From Eledone cirrhosa (taxonomy: Eukaryota): a DNA stretch of 64,000 nucleotides. The translations under genes were made by a program, and so were the position numbers. The stretch lies in the NCBI GenBank assembly GCA_964016885.1, contig OZ024741.1, forward strand, positions 234,422,001 through 234,486,000, read 5' to 3'. This document shows positions 1-13,059 of the stretch, piece by piece. Every line of letters begins with the position of its first letter. Within the stretch, counting starts at the first letter, position 1. The notes under the pieces are model-generated. The model had not been told where the DNA came from and searched no databases. It was given only the letters and a program-made list of their open reading frames with translations.

Positions 1-378
1 TCACAACAAAAAGCACCCAGTACTCACTGTAAATGAGGTTGGCACTGGGAAGAGCATCCAGCTGTAGAAACCAAGCCAAAATCGGTTCTGTATGAGTATA
101 TGGTCACCCAACAGGATAACTCGACTAACCCATGCCAGCGTGGAAAAATGGATGTTAAACGGTGATGATGATATACATACATAAATACTTACATATATGC
201 ATAAATACATAAATATATATATCCACACTGTAAACGTGGTTGGTGTTAGGAAGGGCATCCAGCCGTAGAAAACCCGCCAGACAGTCCTGAGCAAGACAAC
301 CAATCTTGCCTCAAGTGGGACAATTCCCGTCCAGACCCATGCTAGCGTGGAAGATGGACGTTAAACGATGATGATGAC
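1..378 (+). mobile_element. Two RTE-type 3' tail fragments (1-172, 225-378)
   Basis: GGAAG(G/A)GCATCCAGC..GTAGAAA, CCATGC(C/T)AGCGTGGAA and (GAT)n end; same tail as the RTE copies ending at about 31730, 33045 and 56891. Confidence 0.75.
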
Positions 379-564
379 ATTATTTTATGGTCAGAAACAT
401 ACTTTTTTTCCTTTTCAGCTAGAAGCATTTGATTACCACCTTTTAAAACATGATCATCTTACACAAACGCCAGTGTGAATAGACTTGTATTTTTCTCTAG
501 AAAAAGTTTTTTGGTTTCTGACATTGCCCAGTCTTCTCAGTCTTTCTATTTAATTTCTCATTCT

Positions 565-602
565 ATTTTCTGATGAAGGACTTGCATCCGAAACGTTAAG
601 AC
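565..602 (+). ncRNA. Minimal type I hammerhead-like motif in a short repeat
   Basis: CTGATGA(570-576) A GGA-CTTGCA-TCC GAAA(590-593) CGTTA; stem I weak. The downstream flank recurs inverted at about 2560-2636. Confidence 0.45.
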
Positions 603-694
603 TCTTTTCTTTTCCTACTATATCAAGCTTAAAGCTAATAATATATGTCTTCATTGTACTGTTGTTTGCTTTATTTCTGTTTGCCTTTTGTATA

Positions 695-726
<32 letters not shown>

Positions 727-1025
727 CACATACATACATACTCATATAATGTGGACCTAAGTTTACCAAATGTTTTAAAAATCTTATAGTTACAATCGAT
801 AATAGGTTTGTTATGTTCACGAAACAATTAACTATTACATAAGATTTCTCAATCAGTACACTCCTCCTGTCCTCTCATACAGAACCACGGAATTAATAAT
901 TGGCCAAGTTAATTTATAGTCAATATTCATCTCTTTTAAACTGCATATGTAATATGCCAATGATGTGCTATGCTTAAGATTTTTATTGTTAAACAAATAT
1001 GTGTGTGCTTGATAATGTTTCTTAA

Positions 1026-1223
1026 CCTTTTAGCATTTAAACTGGCCAGAATTCTCTCACCTCTTTCTGTTCAAACCGGCTGTAACCGACCGCTCATACT
1101 AATGTTAAGGTATTGTTCTCAAAATAAATAATATCAAAATCTCATAGATTTGATATTATGTGAGATAAAGCCTTTACTGTGAAAATATAATAGTAAATAT
1201 AGAGTAATGTAAATGCTAAAGGG
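1026..1223. mobile_element. piggyBac-like MITE (198 bp)
   Basis: TTAA on both sides (1022-1025, 1224-1227); 14-bp TIR CCTTTTAGCATTTA / TAAATGCTAAAGGG with 1 mismatch. Confidence 0.7.
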
Positions 1224-1844
1224 TTAAACATATTTGCATTAGCTCCAATGTTATTTTATAAACCATTTGAGGTAACCACCCTACAGTTATATAATACGGT
1301 TTCATTGAAGCAATGTCCACCAAAAGGGATTCTCTGCAATTACATTCTGACATCTTTGGCATTATATTCTTCCTCAGGTATTCTATATTGCACTATATTA
1401 TTATCTACCTCACTATGATTGACAGCTATTCCACTTTGTCTTGATAGTATCCAATCTATAGTAAAATTAGTGTCTAATTTAGTATCTACTTCCTAAGTAA
1501 TTTTTCAATTAGAATCTCTACTCCAATTATTTGGATTACTGTTTGGTCTTCAGTTAAATTCACTACCTTTTATATTGAATGTTCATATTTTCCTTTTGTT
1601 AATGATAGCTATATTGCTGGCTAAATTAGGTGTAGTAGAGTATGAAAGTTTTACTGTATAACTATTAAATATTTTATGGTATTTATGTGTTTGGGGAAAT
1701 TTTTAAACCAAGATTCAAAAAAATATTTTTAGGTTCTTCAATAATACATAGTTCCTATTGTCAAGGTACTATTGAACAACCTAAAATAATATTTTTGGAA
1801 TCTTAGATTATTAACAGCATTCAGTAATCAGAAGAAAGGAGGTA

Positions 1845-2335
1845 GGTATAAAAGCCGAACTCACTATCTTCAATTCAGTATTTGTGCCAGCCCTTACCTA
1901 TGGTCATGAATCTTGGGTAATGACCGAAAGAATATGATCACGAATACAAGCAACCAAAATGAGGTTCCTCTGAAGGGTCTTTGGAGTAACATTACACTTT
2001 AGTGTGCATAACTCAGAGATCAGAGAGTCACTCCAGGTAGAGCCACTACTTCTCCGAATTGAGAGATCACAGCCCCGATACTACGGTCATGTGGTTAGAA
2101 TGTCTCAGGAAAGAATCACTAGACAGATTTTATGGGCAAAATCAACTGGCAGGAGACCCAGGGGTAGACCCCAAGCAAGATGGTTGGATAACATACATGA
2201 GATTGGCTGGTCTCATTTGGGGATCCAGCCAGATCACTTTGAGACAGTTGCTTCTGACAGGACCTGCTGGAAGGAGTGTTTGAGGACTCTGCCCCTATGA
2301 CCCTCTCGGGAATAAGTGGTTGAAGAATACATGGG
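1845..2335 (+). mobile_element. RTE LINE 3' fragment, Expander/Rex3-like lineage (decayed)
   Basis: VFVPALTYGHESWVMTERI..., VEPLLLRIERSQPRYYGHVVRM...GRRPRGRP; stop codons present. Confidence 0.8.
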
Positions 2336-3189
2336 TTGCATATAGAGGGTCATACCAGTTAACATTTTTCTATCTGTTCCTGGATTTCTCTCTATACCTG
2401 TCTTATCTTCATCATAAGTTCTTACTTGACAAGTTTGCTGCGGTTCATAAAATGAGCGCCATTATAGTTTAAGTTCCTAACAGGGAAAGCAGACATTAAA
2501 ACAATGATGATGATACACATACACACACATACACATATATTATGTGAGTATGTGTACGCAAAAAGCGAACAGAAATAACAAAGCAAATGACACAGTACAA
2601 TGAAGAAATATATTAATTAGTTTTATGCTTGATATAATAATGGGTACCATTGATGCACTTTACTTAGTGATATAACTATACATAGTACTAGTTAACCTAA
2701 TGAAGGCGTTTGAGAGGGTACCAAAATCTGTAGGCTAGTGAGTCCTAAAAAGATTATATAGGTGAATGGATTGTGAGAGCACCATGCAAGACATACAGAG
2801 ATGCCATCAGCAAAGTCAGAATTAATAATGAGTTCAGCAAAGATTTTAGCATGTAAGTAGGGCCCCATCACAGCTCTGTTTTTAGTCTCTCCTTTTATCA
2901 TAGTTTCCTAGCCCATATTATATTCTACTTGTATCTATGTATTTAAAACACACACATATATATATATATCATATATTATATATATATACACACATAGTAA
3001 ATGTGGTTGGCATTAGGGAGAGCATCCAGCTGTAGAAACCAAGCCAGAACCAGTTCTGTATGAGCAAGATATGATAATCTATTCTGGCTTGTCTCACAAC
3101 AGGATAACTCATCTAACCCACGCTAGCGTGGAAAAATAGACATTAAATGATAACAGTGATATTTATGTATATGTCTAATGTCTGTCTGA

Positions 3190-3375
3190 AGCCCAAAATA
3201 TCATTAGGCCAGAGCTTATCCCAGTATCGTTGGCATTAAGAGACTGAGAATAAGACTCCCCACTGGACAGTTTCAGCTGAGTATACTGGTGCAACATGAA
3301 ATGAAATGTTTTGCTCAAGAACAAAGCATGCAACCCAGTCCTGGAATCGAACCCATGATATTATTATTGCGACTA
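3190..3375 (-). mobile_element. CORE-like tRNA SINE fragment
   Basis: Minus strand GGTTCGATTCC B-box followed by TTCTTGAGCAAAACATTTCATTTCATGTTGC, as at 36552. Confidence 0.55.
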
Positions 3376-3569
3376 TCTTCAAGGTGTTTAGTTGGTCATA
3401 TCAATCCCAGTGCTTATTTATTTTTCAAGTCTGGTGCTTATTTTATTGAGCTCTAAACTACAGGATATAAACAAATAGTAAACATAAACAGAACTAGATA
3501 CACTCCACACACACACATATATGTGGTAGACATAAAGGAGGAATATGTACTAAGAGTACATGTGAAATA

Positions 3570-4080
3570 GATTTTCTCAATTGCTCAGGATGCTCTCTAG
3601 AAGTTGACAGCTTTTGTTACCTAGGTGACCTAATTAGCAGAGAGGGTGGATGCTCTGAAAGTGTAGTAGCTAGAATATGATGTGGTCTGTGTGTGAACAG
3701 TAATGCTATTGTGTGTGATATATGGGTCTTGACTGTTAAGAATTTGCAAAGATTAGAAAGAAATGAAGCCAGTATGCTCTAATGGATATGTAATGTTAGT
3801 GTCCATAAGTGAACTGAGAGAAAAACTAGGTATAAGAGGAAACGAATGTAGTGTGCAAGAAAAAAGACTGTATTGATATGGACATATGATGTGTATGGCT
3901 GATGACTTCCATATAAAAAGGTACAGACAAATTTCAGTGGATGGATCTGTGGAAGAGCTCGATCAAGGAAAACATGGGATGAAATAGTGAAGATCAACCT
4001 TGAGAAACTGGATCTCATGATAGAGATGACAAGTGACCACAAGGATTGGCAACATACGGTACTGGGGCAGACTTACCTAC
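3570..4080 (+). mobile_element. Highly decayed RTE 3' fragment
   Basis: LEVDSFCYLGDLISREGGCSESVVARI; [10 protein letters not shown]. Confidence 0.7.
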
Positions 4081-4419
4081 TAGTATAAAAAAAAAATGAA
4101 TTTGACCTGACCCATCCATGCCCCACTTCCACCATCTCCCCTTAGTAACTATTCTCACCATTACTATACCTCACTACACTGAAATCACCCCCAGCCCCTT
4201 TTCCCTCTCACATCCCTATCAAATCCCATCACACTTGTCATTCACTCATGATATACATTCTCATTCCCCTACTCCTTCCCTTGAGGCTTCTTTAAATGTC
4301 ACCATACTTATACAATCATGGCAATATTTGTCATACTCTGTCCCTCTTCCTATCTATTGTCACTTACCCAAGACATCATGCTTATCATCCTTCTTACACC
4401 CTCATAGAGAGAGCAGTCA

Positions 4420-5152
4420 AGTCAATAACCCACAACCTCCATAGTGCTGATGCCATGATAAAATGCACTTAGTATATTCTTTAAAATGGCTGGAGTTAGG
4501 AATGGATTCCAGCCATACATACCATGCCAAAGAGGGTGGAGGGGGATATTGTCATAGCATGACATCCTCTTTACTGCTGGTGCCATGAAAAATGCACTCA
4601 GTATATGTAAAGAAGTTGGTGATAGGATGGGCATTCAGCTGTAGAAACACTGCCAAAAAAAGGAGAGGAATCTTCAGTTGTGTCAAAGACATGACAACCT
4701 CCCTATAGTTGGTGACATGATAAAATGCACCCAGTCACACTGCCGAAAAGCTGTAAAGTTGCTAAAGGGTAGACTGGACTCTTCAGTTGTGTCAAAGGCA
4801 TGACAACATCCCTAGTGCAGTACACTATGTAGAGTGTGGAAACCTATGTAAGCAAGATGCAGCCCATGGCTCATCTGTGAGGAAGTCAGCAGCTCTTACC
4901 AAGTACTAACTTGGTCTGTGATGACTTTTTCAACCCTAGCTAGCAGGAAAGACATATTAAATGATGATGAGGATGCAGCTGTGTTGAGGACATGACAACC
5001 TAGTGTCAAGACAAAATGCACTCAGTAATACTTAGGATAGTATGTAAGCAAGATGTAGGCCAATCTGAGAGGTCAGTAACTAACTTGGTCTGCAAAGACA
5101 CATAAAATCCTTGGTGGCATGGAAAACGCACGTTAAATGATGGCGCTGATGA
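4420..5152 (+). repeat. Degenerate tandem copies (about 110-150 bp) of an RTE-tail-related module
   Basis: Recurrent CATGACAACC...TGCCATGA.AAAATGCAC.CAGTA motif about 4-5 times, ending in (GAT)n tails. Confidence 0.55.
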
Positions 5153-5890
5153 TAATATGTATGCATTTATATATATATACATATATATAATTAAGGTGTT
5201 TGCTCCAGTATAGCTGTATACATATAAGTATGTGTATTTTGTATATCCAATGATATACAATATATATATATAAATAACAGGCTACCACACATTTCTTGTC
5301 TACTACATTTCACTCACAAGCCTTTAGTCAACATAAGGCCATAGAAGACACTTGCCTAAAATGCCTCACAATTGGGCTGAACCCCAAACCATGTGGTTAC
5401 AAAGAGACCTACATTAACACACAGCTATGCCTGCATATTCTTTTACTGATTTCAGTCTCAGACTGCGACCATGCTGGGGCACTGCCTTGAAGAGATTTTG
5501 TTTATTGTATTGACCCCAGTACTTCTTGATTGCAAGCCTCGTACTTATTTTATCGATCTGTATTTTGAAAAACTACTGAGTTACAGAACATAAACAAACA
5601 ATAAACGTAAACAGATATGGACGCACACACACGTATATATATATATGTGTGTGTGTTTATAAAAAGCAGGAAGTCCTCGCTGTAAATGTGGATGGCATTA
5701 GGAAGAGCATCCAGCCAAAGGAACCAAGCCAGAGACAGTTCTGTATGAGCATGACATGACCACCTGATCAGACTTGTCTCACAACGGGACAACTTGTCTA
5801 ACCCATGTTAGTGTGGAAAGTGGAAAGTGGATGTTTAACAGTGATGATGATATATATATAATACATATATTTATATTTATATAATATATA

Positions 5891-6362
5891 TCATCATCAT
5901 CATCATCGTTTAACGTCCATATTCCACGCTTGCATGGGTCTGGACGGGAGTTTTCCCACTTGAGGCAAGAGTGGTTGTCTTGCTCGCATAGGACTGTCTG
6001 GCGGGTTTTTTACGGCTGGATGCCCTTCCTAACACCAACCACATTTACAGTGTGGGGCTGAGAGGTTTTTACCGTGTTACTTACACGGCCACATTACAGC
6101 ATGGACTGTGTGTTTTTTTGTCGTGACACCTACACGACCTCATTTGTTTCAGGCTGGATGTTGTGGCACCAACATAACTTTACATTGATAGGGGTGGTGT
6201 GGGTAGTGGGACGGGGGTGTATTTTGTTAGAGGTGCCTTCTGACTGTAGTAGGTTTCACTTTGTACTTAGGTAAGGCGGGTCTTCTCTATTACTGTGTAG
6301 CGCCAAAGCTCTCGGTCCAGTGACATTGTCTTGGAGAGGTGTAAGTGTGTGAGGTCGGAATT
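5891..6362 (-). mobile_element. RTE family B 3' end
   Basis: Matches ORF end ([16 protein letters not shown]) and 3' UTR of the 28102-29084 copy. Confidence 0.85.
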
Positions 6363-6394
6363 TATAATTTATCGGAATATATATTTATATATAA

Positions 6395-6746
6395 TTGTTT
6401 CTACTTTTGGCACAAGGCCAGCAATTACCCAGTACATTACTGGTACTTTATTTTATCGACCCCGTAAGGATGAAAGGCAAAGTAAACCTTGGCGGGATTT
6501 GAACTCAGAATGTAAAGAGACGTAACTATGCTACCAATCCACTACCTTATATATAATTGTTTCTACTTTAGGCACAAGGCCAGCAATTACCCAGTGCATT
6601 ACTGGTACTTTATTTTATCGACCCCGTAAGGATGAAAGGCAAAGTCAACCTCGGCGGGATTTGAACTCAGATCGTAAAGGGACGTAACTATGCTGGAAAG
6701 CATGGCGTCCGACACTCTATCGATACTGCCAATCCACCACTACCTT
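6395..6746 (-). mobile_element. Tandem pair of tRNA-derived Meta-SINE-like elements
   Basis: GAGTTCAAATCC B-box, then GCCTTTCATCCTTACGGGGTCGATAAAATAAAGTACCAG domain and GGCCTTGTGCC tail; one copy internally deleted. Confidence 0.8.
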
Positions 6747-7702
6747 ATATATAATGTCTACATATCATCATCATTTAATGTCCCAGCTAGCAAGGGTTGG
6801 ACGGGTCTACATAGACCAAGTCAGTACTGAAGCAGAGCTACTGAAATCCCAGATAGGCTGAGTTTTCTGTATCCTGTTTATGCATGGTCATATCAAGTGA
6901 AGTTGTCATGTCTTTGGCCACAAACTGAAGGATCATCTTAACCCCTTGTTTGGCAAGCTCCTACAGCTGGATACCTTTCCTAACACCAACAACTTTACAG
7001 TGTGTACAGGGTACTTTTTTTGTGTAGATCACCAGCATTAGAGTTTCTGGTGTCTTTGATACATGGTTTCTACAGCGTGGTGCCCTTCCAGTCACCAACC
7101 ACCCTTACATAGTGTACAGAGTGCATTTTTGTGGCACCATCACCAGGATGGTTGTTGGTCATAGACCAAACAGTTTCTGTCTTCCAAATTTCACTTGCAG
7201 GCATTGGTCAACACAAGGTCATAGTAAAAAATAAGTCCCCAATGTTCCACACACTTGGACTAAATCCAACACCATATGATTGTGAAGCAAACTCTTTAGA
7301 GACACAGCTATGCCAGTGCCATTATATGTCATTTGTATATAGATTTCATATATATTCTTTTATTGATATATATGTGTGTGTGTGTGTGTGGTTGGTGATA
7401 AGAAGGGCATCCAGCTGTAGAAAATCTGATAAAGAAAGGCCCATGAAGACTCTTGAACTATGTCAAAGACATGATAACCTCTGTTAGAAGCAACAAAAAA
7501 TGTTTTCATTCCCTTGTTGGTAACCTGCATTGCATTAGAAATGTTACATAACAACCTTATTACTTAAGATGAAGATGGTTACGTGATAGCAGTATTAAGT
7601 AATCATCGACACCACAGAAATATGTATTGAGGCAGATTGTGAAGAAAATGTATTATGAATATCTACATCTGGCCTTTGCAATTATCATTATTGTATGTAT
7701 AA

Positions 7703-8091
7703 TTACGTCCCTTTACGGTCTGAGTTCAAATCCCGCCGAGGTTCACTTTGCCTTTCATCCTTACGGGGTCGATAAAATAAAGTACCAGTAATGCACTGGG
7801 TAATTGATGGTCTTGTGCCAAAAGTAGAAACAATTATTGTATGTATAATTATCAGTATGTATACTTATCAGTATGTATAATTATCAGTATTGTATATATA
7901 AGGGTGGTAGACTGGCAGTATCGGTAGAGGGTCGGACGCCATGCTTTGACGCACAGAGTTACGGCCCTTGCCATTCTGAGTTCAAATCCCGCCGAGGTTA
8001 ACTTTGCCTTTCATCCTTACGGGGTCGATAAAATAAAGTACCAGTAATGTACTGGGTAATTGCTGGCCTTGTGCCAAAAGTAGAAACAATT
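7703..8091 (+). mobile_element. Tandem pair of Meta-SINE-like elements (5'-truncated plus full)
   Basis: Same domain as 6395-6746; ATTATTGTATGTATA repeated at the junctions. Confidence 0.8.
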
Positions 8092-8790
8092 ATTGTATGT
8101 ATACTCTGTCATGAACAACCAAATTAGATTTATAAGGATACACATGATGAGTGCTTGAACCTATTTGCATCATCATTTACTGATTGGAGTGCTGCATAAC
8201 CAACCCCGGTTAAGCAACATCTAATTACACAAGTATATATACATACATACATATATATATACATGTGTGTGTATCGTCACCATCATCATACATCCATTTT
8301 CCATGCTGGCTTAAACTGAATGGCGTCCCACATGTTTCATTTATGACCAGGTTTCTATGTCTAGATGTTCTTCCTAACTCCAACTACTTTATAGAACACA
8401 GGGCAACACGAAGAGAAAACAACACTCAATACAGAAAATAATATTACTCATATCTATTGGAAGCTGAAAACTTCATAGACGATTAGTCTGAATTTCTCAT
8501 TTCTGATATTCACATGAAAATGATTGTTTCACTATAGTTTGAAGAACATAAATTAGAAACTTATATATGTGGATGATGTGGGGCTATATGTATGTGTATC
8601 TCTTCGCTAAACATTTGACATTGCAGGCAGTGATATTTGATTACATTCAGCATAATCAGAGGCCACGCTGTTAGACATGCAAAGATTTGTACCTTACTTA
8701 AAAAGCAAGTGAAAATTGGCATCAGAAACAGCATTTGACCATAGACATCTACCAACCCATTCCAGTATAGAAAAATGACACAAAACTGGT

Positions 8791-8919
8791 GATATATATT
8801 TGTTTCATTTAGAAATGACTTCTACAGGACTACAACTGTTTCATTCATTTGATGATTTCTAACGAAAGAAACAGTTCTAATAATGTAGAAGTCATCTCTA
8901 TATAAAATAAACATGTATC
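8791..8919. repeat. Imperfect fold-back (56-bp arms) of a short-repeat terminus
   Basis: 8791-8846 vs 8864-8919, about 80% complementary; family recurs at about 13360, 47200 and 47772. Confidence 0.7.
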
Positions 8920-9424
8920 TTCTCTTTTAATGTATGGAGTACCGTATCTAACAGTGATTTCTTCCCAATCCTCTTTGGAAAACCATTCTTAATATTATAT
9001 ATATAAGTTTATCGCGGGTTCGTATGTGTGTGTGTGGAGAAAGAGAGCGAGAGAGAAAGGAGTGTACGTGCGTGTTCGTATTTGAATGAAAGTAAATGAA
9101 AAGTCTGGCGAAGTAGATTAAGAGAACAATTAGTGACCCAACATATGTGGGAGGTCAAACTGACCAGCTTTGAATGCCAGTGTCTTTATCTGTAATTTAA
9201 TAGTGAATCAAGCCTATTACTAACGTTTGACCGCCCTCACCTCATTTACTTTGTGTGTGGACAGGCAAGTTGTATTATAATAGATAAATGAGTATGTGTG
9301 TAAGTGAATCGTGTCAGAATGTTTTGATGATTTTTTTCCCCGCAGATAACAAAATTTCTATTCAGTTCAAATTATCAAAATACGTTTATATTGAATTTGT
9401 GACTTCGTATGTCTTAACGGAACG

Positions 9425-9727
9425 ATTAGCCAAGTGGTTGAGAAGTTTGCTTCGCGAGCTGGGTTCGAACCAAATGAATGGCATATTGGTTGATACAAGC
9501 CTGTAATTCAAAGGGGAAACCTTATCACACACTGGCGGGCTAATTAATTCTGTCTGAGAATTACGTTAAGAGGCACAGGCACTTGCACACTATAATTCAA
9601 TGAGTATGTATTTCAGTTGATCGAAGAATTGGCGCGCTCATCGTCGAAATCGACGAAGATCAATTCAATCCATGTACACGCGCCCCAGCATGGACGCAGT
9701 CTAATGACTGATACCAGTAAATGAGTA
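9425..9727 (+). mobile_element. Decayed tRNA-derived SINE with a CR1-like 3' tail
   Basis: A-box TAGCCAAGTGG, B-box GGTTCGAACC; tail GCCCCAGCATGG..CAGTC..ACTGA..CAGTAAA matches the CR1 tail at 30430-30475. Confidence 0.55.
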
Positions 9728-10089
9728 TACATCTATAAAAATGTGTGTCTGAGAATGTATATCTGATTAGAATGAAACGACATTAATTATCGTGCATTAT
9801 AAATAGGAACTGGCACTTTGAAATAAAATTATTAAATAAATATATCAACAACAATAATAATAATGATAATAATAATCGAATAATTAGAAAAAAAAAAAAA
9901 ATGATTGATTTCAAGTGGAGGGAAAACGAAATGATTTATCTTGAGCAATCTTTGGGTTAAAATTAAGGAAAGACATGAAGACTGAAGCAATAAAATAGAA
10001 CACGAAACGTAATTATAGTGACAGATTAGCTGCAATTAAGCATGACTGCAGAGCAGACACCTTGGAATGTATGTATACATTTGTATTTA

Positions 10090-10195
10090 TACATACACAT
10101 ACACTAACAAATATATACATATATACACACACATATATATATACACACACACATATATATACACACACATACATATATATACACACACATATATA

Positions 10196-10233
<38 letters not shown>

Positions 10234-10327
10234 CACACACACACATATAAATACAAACACATACATAAGTGGATCAGTAGATTCGTGGTATATATACATA
10301 TATATATATATATACATATATATACAC

Positions 10328-10358
<31 letters not shown>

Positions 10359-10515
10359 CACATATATATATATACACATATATATATATATACACATATA
10401 TATATATATACACATATATATATATATACACATATATATATATACACATATATATATACACACACACACACATATATATATACACACATATATATATATA
10501 CACATATATATATAT

Positions 10516-10562
<47 letters not shown>

Positions 10563-10690
10563 CACATATATATATATATACACACACATATATATATACA
10601 CACATGGATGGATATATATATATATATATATACACACATGGATATATATATATACACACATGGATATATATATATATATATATATATATA
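10090..10690. repeat. (TA)n/(CA)n compound microsatellite
   Basis: Direct reading. Confidence 0.95.
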
Positions 10691-10974
10691 GCAAATTTAT
10701 GCATTTGATGGATGAAACGTCTAGTGACCCTGGGCTGATCTATTGCTAAATAACATTTATAGTTCAAGCACTGTCAAACGGGGTTCGATTCCTCATAGAA
10801 CCGCCTTCCGCATGCCATTAAGTTCCATGGAAGCAGAATTTCAACTACAAATTCCACATTTTTCTTTTCAATAAATAAAACACATATTCATATGTTTTCA
10901 TTCACTAAATATACATATGCTCATAAATATATACATTGGCTTTGTAATACACGTTATATTTATTTACTTCTGTT

Positions 10975-11037
<63 letters not shown>

Positions 11038-11365
11038 TCATACACTTACACTTACTTTAGTTATATATATGCTCATATATACAAACAGACACATACATGT
11101 GTGCGTGTACACACGTTTTTCTTTTGTGATTATTCCGGAGTTATTGCTTCGAGTTGAAAAGTACTGAGAGATGACCACAGAAGTATTAATGGGGGCTGAC
11201 TGCCTAGTTCACATGCTTTGATACAATTACTCAACCTCTTACAATTAGCTGCATATAATTAACTCATTTACCTCGTTTTCCACTCCTCCATACCACGAAA
11301 TTCATTTATAGAAACTATAAAGGTAAGAGTAATATTAAATTGTTACAATAAATGTACAGATACGC

Positions 11366-11397
<32 letters not shown>

Positions 11398-12948
11398 TAT
11401 TATATATATATATGTGTGTGTGTGTATTTTCAATATACTCCATAGGTGGTTGTTTTGAACTAATAGTCAAGATCTCACTCATCTCACACTCTATCGTCTT
11501 AAATAAAGAAGACACATTGGACATAACGGACGTGATGGTCATGTATGCAATACCTTTGATCATAAATACGTTCATGCAGGATTAAAGACTCTCTAGTCAT
11601 GACCATTCCGTATTGTTCTAGATCGCATCATTAAGATGAGAATAGCAGCCAATTCTCCCTCAGATCAGATTCAATAGTCGTCAAATGAAAAAAAAAACAT
11701 TTGATAAAACAAATATGGAATGGTCACGAATGGAAAGTCGTTGATTATAAGTCTGCTCTATTACGACTGACCTGAGAATAAATAACTATATATGTATATC
11801 TGTGGATTTTAGAATATATACATACATATACAAAAAGATTACAGGAGAACCACGTACAAGGAAGAGAAAAATAATTATAATGAAACATCACAAAGAAATT
11901 ACTAAATTGAAAAATAATGAGTAATGTTTTTCTCTTTCTTGTTTCGTAGCGTGTGGTTCCCCTGCCATTTTAAATTCAGCTTCCTCAAACTTTAAAGAGA
12001 GCGAGAAGAGTTTGAGCGAAGTAAGTAAAGTGACCAGTTCAAGAGAAGTTGGCTGGAATGGTTTTGAACTGGACTTTGGGGGGAGGGGAAGAAAGAAAAG
12101 GAGTGGAAGAGAAAGATGTGGTCGAAGCAAGGAGGAGTTAGTGAGAGAGATATAGAAGAGAATGAGAGAGGGACAGAGAGGGATAGAGGATGGATGAAAC
12201 GGTAATACCAACCTGGGCAGCAGCAGTGGTGAGAGTGGTTTTAGACAGCAACACAGTCAGACAAGGAGAGAAAGAGAGTGAGAGAAAGAGAATATGTAGG
12301 ACAGACAAGGAGAGAAGAGAAAGAGTAGAAGAAAAAAGAAGAGACAGAACGAGAAATAGTAGAAGGAAAGAAGAAAGAAAAGGAAAAGCAGGCAGATTAA
12401 GTGTAGTTTAGATGTAGATGAAGACGATGTCAGTTGGTCGGTCGATCGAACGTGGTGGGAGAGAGAAAGTAGAGTGCGCGCTATTATGTAGGTACAGGCC
12501 GATCTAGAAAGAAAGGCAGACAGATAGAAAGAGACTGAGAATGAGAAAGAGAGTTAAAATGAAGGAGGAAGGGGGAGATAAGGAGCGAAAGAACTACGTG
12601 ACACACAGACAGAGCCGAAGCTAAGGTTTTTATTTACTCAATTTTTTTACTAGAAACTTTTTAAAGGAGTCGATTACAAAGCTTCTGAAATGTAAACAAA
12701 AGGGAGATAATCCAGCGCATGAATTTCCAGACGGTCTTAATTTTGGTAGGAACTGTTTTTTATGACAAATAAATCCCTCACTTTTTGTGATTTAACAATA
12801 TTGCCTGTTAATTAAGATATTTCCCGAAGAAGAATTAAATTTCATTGATAAAATTTACATCAGTATAGGAAGAAAGAAATTAATAAATGTACATATTTTT
12901 TATCAGTAATAAAAAATACTACACCATTTGAGGTGTTGGCGTGTGTGT

Positions 12949-13059
12949 ATAGGAAAATGTATGACTCCGACGGCAGAGCTCAAGCCGTTTCGACGGCTAT
13001 TTCTGGACTAGCCGTCGAAACGGCTTGAGCTCTGCCGTCGGGGTCATACATTTTCCTAT
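12949..13059. repeat. Near-perfect hairpin, 51-bp arms, 9-nt loop
   Basis: 12949-12999 vs 13009-13059, one G.T mismatch; lies inside a repeat whose plain copy is at 60164-60302. Confidence 0.9.

Noticed and set aside
10013-10767. Long Y/I/H/T/C/V-rich ORFs (also at about 23.6k, 35.5-37.3k, 44-45k, 60-61k and 63k)
   Set aside because: Translations of (TA)n/(CA)n microsatellites, which lack stop codons
11272-11314. Minus-strand 43-nt exon candidate
   Set aside because: Splice signals only moderate and expected by chance in AT-rich DNA
12661-12850. TTAAAGG Kolobok-like terminus
   Set aside because: No matching opposite end found
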